DNA from: Bacillales bacterium
Lineage (GTDB): Bacteria > Bacillota > Bacilli > CAJFEE01
Length of the DNA: 64,000 bases
Assembly (NCBI GenBank): GCA_029256085.1
Contig: JAQSYP010000001.1
Coordinates: 580,497-644,496 of the forward strand
Reading direction: 5' to 3'
A program made the translations under genes and the position numbers. A model generated the notes under the pieces. The model was given only the letters and a program-made list of their open reading frames with translations. It did no database searches and was not told where the DNA came from. Below are positions 57,545 to 64,000 of this stretch, one piece after another. Within the stretch, counting starts at the first letter, position 1. Every line of letters begins with the position of its first letter.

Positions 57545-58885
57545 ATGGCATTTGAAGGATTAGCCGACCGACTTCAACAGACCTTACAAAAGTTTAAAGG
57601 AAAAGGGAAAATTTCTGAAACTGATGTAAAGGAAATGATGCGAGAAGTCCGTTTAGCTCTTCTAGAAGCTGACGTTAACTTTAAAGTAGTTAAGGAATTT
57701 GTTGCTAAAGTTAGTGAGAGAGCGGTTGGGCAAGAAGTACTTAAAAGCTTAACTCCAGCTCAACAGGTCATTAAGATTGTTAAAGAAGAACTAACTGATT
57801 TAATGGGTGGAGAACAAAGTAAGATTAGTATAGCAAAGAAATCTCCAACTGTTGTTATGATGGTAGGTCTTCAAGGGGCAGGAAAAACAACTACAACTGG
57901 TAAGCTTGCAAATCTTTTACGAAAAACTGATAATGCAAAGCCATTATTAGTTGCAGCTGATATTTATCGTCCAGCAGCAATTAACCAACTAGAAACTTTA
58001 GGGAAGCAACTTGGTATACCCGTATTTTCTCTTGGAGATAAGGTTAGTCCAGTTGAAATAGTTGAGAAAGCTTTAGTTCATGCACGAGAAAATTTCTTAG
58101 ACTTTATGATTGTTGATACTGCTGGTAGATTACATATTGATGAGCAGTTAATGGGTGAGCTTAAACAAATTAAAGATTTATCAAATCCTAACGAGATTTT
58201 GTTAGTTGTCGATGCAATGACTGGTCAAGATGCTGTAAATGTTGCAAAATCATTCCATGATACTCTTGGCTTATCCGGCGTTGTCCTAACTAAACTAGAT
58301 GGTGATACACGTGGTGGGGCTGCTTTATCGATAAGATCTGTAACTCAGACGCCAATTAAGTATGTTGGTATGGGTGAAAAGATGGATGCACTAGAACCTT
58401 TCCATCCTGATCGAATGGCATCCCGTATATTAGGAATGGGTGACGTATTATCTTTAATCGAGAAAGCTCAAGCTTCTGTTGATGAAGATATGGCTAAAGA
58501 TCTTGAGAAGAAGATGAGAACTAACAACTTTACTCTTGAGGATTTCCTAGATCAATTAGCTCAAGTCCGAAAATTAGGACCTCTAGAAGATATTATTAAA
58601 ATGCTTCCAGGTGCTAACAAGATAAAAGGTTTAAATAACATTTCTATTGATGAAAAGCAGATTAAACATATTGAAGCGATTATCTTGTCAATGACAAAGG
58701 CTGAGAAACAAGACCCAAACATCTTAAATGCTAATAGAAAAAAGCGAATAGCAAGAGGTAGTGGAAGATCGGTGCCTGAAATAAATCGTCTTTTAAAACA
58801 GTTTGAAGAGTCAAAAAAGATGATGAAGATGATGACAGGAATGTCAAAGGGAAAAAAGAAGGGAATGCGCTTTCCTTTTATGTAA
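57545..58885 (+). CDS. ffh: Signal recognition particle protein Ffh
   Basis: GLQGAGKTT, DTAGR, Met-rich M domain. Confidence 0.98.
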   Translation: MAFEGLADRLQQTLQKFKGKGKISETDVKEMMREVRLALLEADVNFKVVKEFVAKVSERAVGQEVLKSLTPAQQVIKIVKEELTDLMGGEQSKISIAKKSPTVVMMVGLQGAGKTTTTGKLANLLRKTDNAKPLLVAADIYRPAAINQLETLGKQLGIPVFSLGDKVSPVEIVEKALVHARENFLDFMIVDTAGRLHIDEQLMGELKQIKDLSNPNEILLVVDAMTGQDAVNVAKSFHDTLGLSGVVLTKLDGDTRGGAALSIRSVTQTPIKYVGMGEKMDALEPFHPDRMASRILGMGDVLSLIEKAQASVDEDMAKDLEKKMRTNNFTLEDFLDQLAQVRKLGPLEDIIKMLPGANKIKGLNNISIDEKQIKHIEAIILSMTKAEKQDPNILNANRKKRIARGSGRSVPEINRLLKQFEESKKMMKMMTGMSKGKKKGMRFPFM

Positions 58886-58921
58886 ATATCTGATATAATC
58901 TTCACTGTTAAGAAAAAATAC

Positions 58922-58950
58922 TTTACAAACAAATTATGTATTGGTAATAT
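58922..58950 (+). promoter_or_regulatory. sigma-A promoter of rpsP
   Basis: TTTACA-17bp-TAATAT with extended TG. Confidence 0.6.
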
Positions 58951-58989
58951 TTATATTTGTTAATATTAATTATTCGGAGGTCACAAATA

Positions 58990-59262
58990 ATGGCAGTTAA
59001 AATTCGTTTAAAGCGCATGGGCGCAAAGAAATCACCTTTTTACCGTGTAGTAGTAGCAGATTCTCGTTCACCTCGTGATGGACGTTTTGTAGATGAAATT
59101 GGATACTACAACCCAGTAACAGTTCCAGCAGAAGTTAAAATTAATGAAGAGTCAGCTCTTCAATGGTTACAAAACGGTGCAAAGCCGTCTGATACAGTAC
59201 GTAACCTTTTCTCAAAAGCAGGAATTCTAGAGAAGTTCCATAACTTAAAAAATCAAAAATAA
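58990..59262 (+). CDS. rpsP: 30S ribosomal protein S16
   Basis: [19 protein letters not shown]; start moved to ATG 58990 after GGAGG. Confidence 0.99.
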   Translation: MAVKIRLKRMGAKKSPFYRVVVADSRSPRDGRFVDEIGYYNPVTVPAEVKINEESALQWLQNGAKPSDTVRNLFSKAGILEKFHNLKNQK

Positions 59263-59276
59263 GAGTAGTGATGAAA

Positions 59277-59504
59277 ATGGAACAATTTATTAGAACAGTT
59301 GTTACTCCTCTCGTTGACTTTCCAGATAATATCCGTGTCATCGAAGAAAACAAAGGACATGAAATTGTTTATACATTATCTGTTAACCCTGAAGATATGG
59401 GGAAAATAATAGGTAAACAAGGACGTGTAGCAAAGGCTATTAGAACTGTAGTTCAATCAGCTGCAATGCGTGATAATAAAAGAGTATTTTTAGAAATCCG
59501 TTAA
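59277..59504 (+). CDS. khpA: KH-domain RNA-binding protein KhpA (YlqC)
   Basis: DMGKIIGKQGRVAKAIRT; start uncertain (59268-59277). Confidence 0.94.
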   Translation: MEQFIRTVVTPLVDFPDNIRVIEENKGHEIVYTLSVNPEDMGKIIGKQGRVAKAIRTVVQSAAMRDNKRVFLEIR

Positions 59505-59535
59505 AGGTTGAGGGTCCTACCTCAGCCTTTTTATT
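59504..59535 (+). terminator. Terminator after khpA
   Basis: AAGGTTGAGG/CCTCAGCCTT stem plus T-run. Confidence 0.8.
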
Positions 59536-59633
59536 ATGTTGTTAGAAAATCCAAAGGCAGAGTGATGGTTCTAAAAAGATTTTAGCCATAAGAATTCCAC
59601 ATATAAAAATTCATTTTTATTTTAAAAATCTCC

Positions 59634-59884
59634 GCTATGGATGATGTTTAATAACTTGCGAAAAATGTATACATTTTTCTTTAGTAATAACTATTTTTTT
59701 CTAATTTCTTATAATTGAAGCGAAGGGCGCTTGACTCCAGCGGGAACAGCAAGCGACCGAAAGCGTAAATCAGCACACAAAAATATATATAGTTGTAAGA
59801 AGGGATTCACGAAATGCATGCATTTCGCAAGCGGAAAGTAATCGCATAAGAGAAAGTCAAGTTTATTCTTAAACTACCCATAGC
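59634..59884. repeat. Composite intergenic element with nested inverted repeats and two palindromes
   Basis: GCTATGG/CCATAGC (59634/59878), CTTGCGAAA/TTTCGCAAG (59655/59823), perfect palindromes at 59660-59679 and 59810-59827, internal fragment similar to the 23849-23988 repeat. Confidence 0.7.
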
Positions 59885-59942
59885 CTCTTAATAGGCTAAA
59901 AATATATTTTAATTGACATAATAGTACCAAGAGGTGAAACGT

Positions 59943-60458
59943 ATGGAAAAATTATTTAATGTTGGAAAAATAGTAAATACCCAAGGAATAAAAGGGGAAT
60001 TAAAGTTAATTTCTTCTACCGATTTTAAAGAAGAGAGATTTCAACCAGGTAATAAGTTATTAATTGTTAATGGTAATACAAACGAAATTCTTGAAGTAAC
60101 AGTTAAAAGCCATCGAGTACATAAAAATTTTGATATTGTTCAATTTGAAGAGTTTAATAACATTAATCAAGTTGAAAAATTTAAAGGTTGTACAGTTAAA
60201 GTCCACGAAAGTCAGCTTTCAGAACTTGATGAAGATGAGTATTATTTCCATGAAATAATTGGGTGTAAAGTTATTTCAAATCAAGGTGAAGAGCTTGGAA
60301 TTATTAAAGAAATATTAACACCAGGTGCAAACGATGTCTGGGTAGTTAAAAGTAGTAAAGGAAAAGAAATCTTAATACCATACATAGAAGATGTTGTTAA
60401 AGAAATAGATATAAAAAATAAAATTATTAAAATAGATGTTCTTGAAGGATTGATCTAA
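59943..60458 (+). CDS. rimM: Ribosome maturation factor RimM
   Basis: [33 protein letters not shown]; start moved to ATG 59943. Confidence 0.96.
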   Translation: MEKLFNVGKIVNTQGIKGELKLISSTDFKEERFQPGNKLLIVNGNTNEILEVTVKSHRVHKNFDIVQFEEFNNINQVEKFKGCTVKVHESQLSELDEDEYYFHEIIGCKVISNQGEELGIIKEILTPGANDVWVVKSSKGKEILIPYIEDVVKEIDIKNKIIKIDVLEGLI

Positions 60459-60459
60459 G

Positions 60460-61197
60460 ATGCAAATTACTGTTTTAACCTTATTTCCTGGGATGTTCGA
60501 AGGAGTTCTAAACGAGTCTATTTTAAAAAAGGCCAGTGAAAAAAATATAGTATCATATAACATAATTAATTTTCGTGATTTTACTGAAAGTAAACATAAT
60601 TCTGTAGATGATTATCCATATGGTGGTGGAGCAGGAATGGTTTTAACTGCTCAGCCAATATTTGATGCAATTGATCATGTTAATACCACTGGAAATTCAA
60701 AAAAACCTAGAATCATATTAATGTGTCCACAAGGAGAAAGATTAACTCAAAAAAAGGCTGAGGAGCTATCACATGAAGAAAGCTTAATATTTATTTGTGG
60801 TCACTATGAAGGTTATGACGAAAGAATTCGTGAGAACCTTGTAACCGATGAAATATCTATCGGTGATTACGTATTAACCGGTGGGGAACTTGGTGCTATG
60901 GTAGTAATAGATAGTGTCGTTAGATTGCTTCCTAATGCGTTAGGCAATAAGGAATCTGCACCTCAAGATTCTTTTTCAACCGGTATGTTAGAATTTCCTC
61001 ACTATACAAGGCCAGCAGACTTTAGAGGGTTGAAGGTTCCTGATGTCCTTCTCTCAGGGAATCATGCAGAAATTGAGAAGTGGCGTAGAAAACAGTCCTT
61101 TTTAAGAACATTAAATAGAAGACCTGATCTTTTAGATTTTAATAATTTTTCAGATGAACAAAAAAAATGGCATGATGAAAATCAAGTAAACAAATAA
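60460..61197 (+). CDS. trmD: tRNA (m1G37) methyltransferase
   Basis: [32 protein letters not shown]. Confidence 0.98.
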   Translation: MQITVLTLFPGMFEGVLNESILKKASEKNIVSYNIINFRDFTESKHNSVDDYPYGGGAGMVLTAQPIFDAIDHVNTTGNSKKPRIILMCPQGERLTQKKAEELSHEESLIFICGHYEGYDERIRENLVTDEISIGDYVLTGGELGAMVVIDSVVRLLPNALGNKESAPQDSFSTGMLEFPHYTRPADFRGLKVPDVLLSGNHAEIEKWRRKQSFLRTLNRRPDLLDFNNFSDEQKKWHDENQVNK

Positions 61198-61217
61198 TAT
61201 AAAATTATATTGTACTA

Positions 61218-61246
61218 TTGAAACAACAGCTTCAATATGATAATAT
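61218..61246 (+). promoter_or_regulatory. sigma-A promoter of rplS
   Basis: TTGAAA-17bp-TAATAT with extended TG. Confidence 0.6.
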
Positions 61247-61281
61247 ATTAAATGTTGTTTGGTCTAATGACCTTACGTTAA

Positions 61282-61327
61282 TACGGTGTTCCGCTGCAAC
61301 ACGTAATGGGGTTGTAAGAGCATCTGT
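61282..61327 (+). ncRNA. L19 ribosomal protein leader
   Basis: GGTGTTCCGCTGCAAC...GTTGTAAGAGCATC hairpin with the CCGC bulge typical of the L19 leader, just upstream of rplS. Confidence 0.75.
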
Positions 61328-61344
61328 GGAAGGAGAGAAAAACG

Positions 61345-61689
61345 ATGCAAAAACTAATCGAAGAAATCACAAAAGCTCAACTGAAAACAGATCTTCCTAC
61401 TTTTAAACCAGGTGACACAGTACGTGTACATGTTAAGGTTGTTGAAGGAACTCGTGAACGTATTCAGTTATTTGAAGGTGTTGTGATCAAGCGTCGTGGT
61501 GGCGGAATTAGCGAAACTTTTACAGTTCGTAAGATTTCTTACAACGTTGGTGTTGAACGTACATTCCCTGTACATTCACCAAAGATCGCTAATTTAGAAG
61601 TATTACGTCGTGGTAAAGTACGCCGTGCGAAACTTTATTACTTACGTGAATTACGTGGTAAAGCTGCTCGTATTAAAGAAATTCGATAA
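61345..61689 (+). CDS. rplS: 50S ribosomal protein L19
   Basis: [30 protein letters not shown]. Confidence 0.99.
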   Translation: MQKLIEEITKAQLKTDLPTFKPGDTVRVHVKVVEGTRERIQLFEGVVIKRRGGGISETFTVRKISYNVGVERTFPVHSPKIANLEVLRRGKVRRAKLYYLRELRGKAARIKEIR

Positions 61690-61699
61690 TAAAAGAAGT

Positions 61700-61730
61700 G
61701 GAGCTTGGGTTTTCAAGCTCCTTTTTCTTT
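61700..61730 (+). terminator. Terminator after rplS
   Basis: GGAGCTTG/CAAGCTCC stem plus T-run. Confidence 0.85.
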
Positions 61731-61822
61731 TCCTTTATTTTCACTCTTATTAATAATTAAGTTTTATAAAAAATATATAATAGAGTATAATTATATTAGA
61801 CATTTTAAGGGTGGAGGATAAG

Positions 61823-62389
61823 ATGAGCACAGAGAAAAGTCAAATATTCGAATGGATTAAAGCATTTGTATTTGCAATACTATTAGCTTTTATAATCCGT
61901 ACATATTTGTTTGCACCTATTTTAGTCGATGGAGTATCGATGATGCCTACTTTACATGATAGAAATAGGATGATAGTTAATAAATTGTCGTATAAAATTG
62001 GTGAACCGAAACGATTTGATGTTATCGTTTTTAATGCAACTGTTGATAAAGATTACATAAAGAGAATAATTGGTTTGCCTGGAGACCATGTTGAATACAA
62101 AAATGATAAATTATACATAAACGGGAAGGCATATGATGAGCCATATTTAGATAAGCTCAAAAAAGATATTATCGATCCACCTCTGACACAAGACTTTAAA
62201 CTAGAGGACATAATTGGTAAGAAGACGATACCAAAGGGATACTTATTTGTTATGGGAGATAATAGGAGATATAGTAAAGATAGTAGAAGTATAGGTGTTA
62301 TCTCAATGGAAAGTGTTGTCGGTAAAGCTAATATAGTTTACTGGCCTTTGAATGAGGTAAGAATTGAAAAGTATAGACAAAATAATTGA
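61823..62389 (+). CDS. lepB: Signal peptidase I
   Basis: GVSMMPTL (Ser), YIKRIIGLPGD (Lys), MGDNR..SKDSR; start ATG 61823 after GGAGG. Confidence 0.94.
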   Translation: MSTEKSQIFEWIKAFVFAILLAFIIRTYLFAPILVDGVSMMPTLHDRNRMIVNKLSYKIGEPKRFDVIVFNATVDKDYIKRIIGLPGDHVEYKNDKLYINGKAYDEPYLDKLKKDIIDPPLTQDFKLEDIIGKKTIPKGYLFVMGDNRRYSKDSRSIGVISMESVVGKANIVYWPLNEVRIEKYRQNN

Positions 62390-62399
62390 GGTGCAATAA

Positions 62400-63254
62400 A
62401 TGACAATTCAATGGTTTCCTGGCCATATGGCGAAAGCAAGGAGACAAATTACAGAGAAATTAAAACTAATAGATGTTGTGTTTGAGCTAGTAGATGCTAG
62501 GCTACCACTTTCTTCAAGAAACCCAATGCTTGATGAAATAGTAAAACAAAAGCCCAGAGTTCTATTATTAAATAAAGTTGACTTAGCAGACCCGCAGATT
62601 ACAAATGAGTGGGAGAAGTACTTTCAGGAAAAGGGGATTACAACTGTAAAAGTAAACTCTCAGGCTGGAGTCGGTTTGCACCAATTAGTCAAAGCAGCAA
62701 AATTAGTTACTGAAGAAAAGTTCAATAAACAAAGAGAAAAAGGAATTAATCCAAGAGCAATTCGTGCATTAATTTTAGGTATACCAAACGTCGGAAAGTC
62801 GACTTTAATAAATAGGCTTGCAAAAAAAAATCTCGCGAAAACTGGAGATAAACCTGGTGTAACAAAAGCTCAACAGTGGGTTAAAGTTGGAAAAGAGTTA
62901 GAGCTTTTGGACACTCCTGGTATTTTATGGCCAAAATTTGAAGATCAAGAAGTTGGTTATCGACTTGCAGTGTCAGGAGCAATAAAGGATGCTATATTGA
63001 CACTACAAGATATTGGCTTCTGGGCTGTTAAATTTCTAATGGCAAACTATCCTAATAAGCTAATTGAGAGATATAACTTGGAGTCACTTGATAAAGAGCC
63101 TCTTGAGTTATTTTCTGAAATTGGTACAAAAAGGGGTTTTAAAGGTAAGGATGGTTGGATAAATTACGACCTTACAGCTGAGATGCTTCTAAGAGAGCTT
63201 AGAACATTAAAACTTGGTCCATTTTCTCTAGAGAGACCATCTGATTTTCAATAG
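62400..63254 (+). CDS. rbgA: Ribosome biogenesis GTPase RbgA (YlqF)
   Basis: [26 protein letters not shown]. Confidence 0.98.
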   Translation: MTIQWFPGHMAKARRQITEKLKLIDVVFELVDARLPLSSRNPMLDEIVKQKPRVLLLNKVDLADPQITNEWEKYFQEKGITTVKVNSQAGVGLHQLVKAAKLVTEEKFNKQREKGINPRAIRALILGIPNVGKSTLINRLAKKNLAKTGDKPGVTKAQQWVKVGKELELLDTPGILWPKFEDQEVGYRLAVSGAIKDAILTLQDIGFWAVKFLMANYPNKLIERYNLESLDKEPLELFSEIGTKRGFKGKDGWINYDLTAEMLLRELRTLKLGPFSLERPSDFQ

Positions 63255-63264
63255 AAATGTTTTG

Positions 63265-63296
63265 AAAGGTATCAAATGATACCTTTATTTTTTTTT
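63265..63296 (+). terminator. Hairpin terminator after rbgA
   Basis: AAAGGTATC/GATACCTTT stem plus T-run. Confidence 0.65.
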
Positions 63297-63330
63297 GTAA
63301 ATGACGATATATATATAAGGTGATGAAATA

Positions 63331-64000
63331 GTGAAAAGTCTAACTATCCAAGAAGTTAAGGGAATTTTAAATAATAATCCTGATTCTTTAACACTTAGTA
63401 AACTTGAAAATGATCAAAGATGTGGTGTGCAGAAATTAATAAATGCATATAAACGCAAATTGCAAATAGAAAAAGCAGTATTTAATAAGTATATTGAAAT
63501 GAAGGAATTTGATTATGAAACTGTAAATAACAAAAACTTATTATATATTGCAGGAATTGATGAGGTTGGTAGAGGTCCACTAGCAGGTCCAGTAGTTTCT
63601 GCAGCAGTCATACTAAAGAAAGACTCTATACTATTAGGTGTAGACGATTCAAAGAAACTTACAGATGAAAAAAGAGACATGCTTTATAATGTGATCTTAG
63701 AAAATAGTGAGGCAATAGGAATTGGGATTATTGGGCCAGAACATATTGATGAGGTAAACATCTATGAGGCAACTAAATTGGCAATGGTACAAGCTGTTAA
63801 TAATTTAAGCATACAACCAGAACACTTATTAATTGATGCAATGAAAATAGATATTGGAATCCCATACACTTCTATTATAAAAGGTGATTCTAAGAGTCTA
63901 AGTATTGCAGCTGCTTCAATAATAGCTAAAGTAACTAGAGATAGAATAATGAAAGATTTATCATTGAAATACCCTGAGTATCTCTTTGAAAAAAATATGG
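63331..64000 (+). CDS. rnhB: Ribonuclease HII (partial, runs off window; not in ORF track)
   Basis: GTG start after AAGGTG; GIDEVGRGPLAGPVV, DDSKKL, KGDSKSLSIAAASIIAKV motifs. Confidence 0.96.
   Translation, partial: MKSLTIQEVKGILNNNPDSLTLSKLENDQRCGVQKLINAYKRKLQIEKAVFNKYIEMKEFDYETVNNKNLLYIAGIDEVGRGPLAGPVVSAAVILKKDSILLGVDDSKKLTDEKRDMLYNVILENSEAIGIGIIGPEHIDEVNIYEATKLAMVQAVNNLSIQPEHLLIDAMKIDIGIPYTSIIKGDSKSLSIAAASIIAKVTRDRIMKDLSLKYPEYLFEKNM

Noticed and set aside
60483..60496. ATTTCCTGGGATGT in trmD (and ATATCCTGGGACAA at 3330-3343) resembling Noc-binding sites
   Set aside because: Mismatches to the ATTTCCCGGGAAAT consensus within coding sequence; cannot be distinguished from chance without a genome-wide PWM or ChIP.
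61218..61406. 62-aa ORF overlapping the rplS 5' region
   Set aside because: Its TTG start is the -35 of the rplS promoter and it overlaps the L19 leader; no RBS.

Overview
Core chromosomal segment of an AT-rich, endospore-forming Bacillaceae member. The gene order follows the Bacillus ftsZ-to-rnhB region: ftsZ 3' end, spoIIGA-sigE-sigG, ylmC-ylmD-ylmE-sepF-ylmG-ylmH-divIVA, T-box/ileS, lspA-rluD, the PyrR-controlled pyr operon, rqcH, yloB, yloC-gmk-rpoZ-coaBC-priA-def-fmt-rsmB-rlmN-prpC-prkC-cpgA-rpe-thiN, spoVM, rpmB, yloU-fakA-recG, fapR-plsX-fabD-fabG-acpA, rnc-smc-ftsY-ylxM-ffh-rpsP-khpA, rimM-trmD-rplS, a signal peptidase I, rbgA and a partial rnhB. I found no prophage, transposase, CRISPR array or new protein-coding system. 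The unexplained structure is non-coding. (1) A 21/42-bp tandem array with phased A/T tracts lies between ftsZ and the spoIIG promoter. (2) A dispersed family of perfect 18-20-bp palindromes with a 5' YTGC/CTTG flank shows compensatory changes; one pair forms an inverted doublet and one copy sits inside another repeat (REP/REPIN-like). (3) A dispersed CTTGGC-loop-GCCAAG hairpin family is present in five copies. (4) Relative to B. subtilis, remA, ylyA and the middle pyr attenuator are missing from their usual positions. Gene names rest on recognised protein motifs and synteny, not database searches. Several start codons were moved downstream of the ORF track where an RBS supports it.
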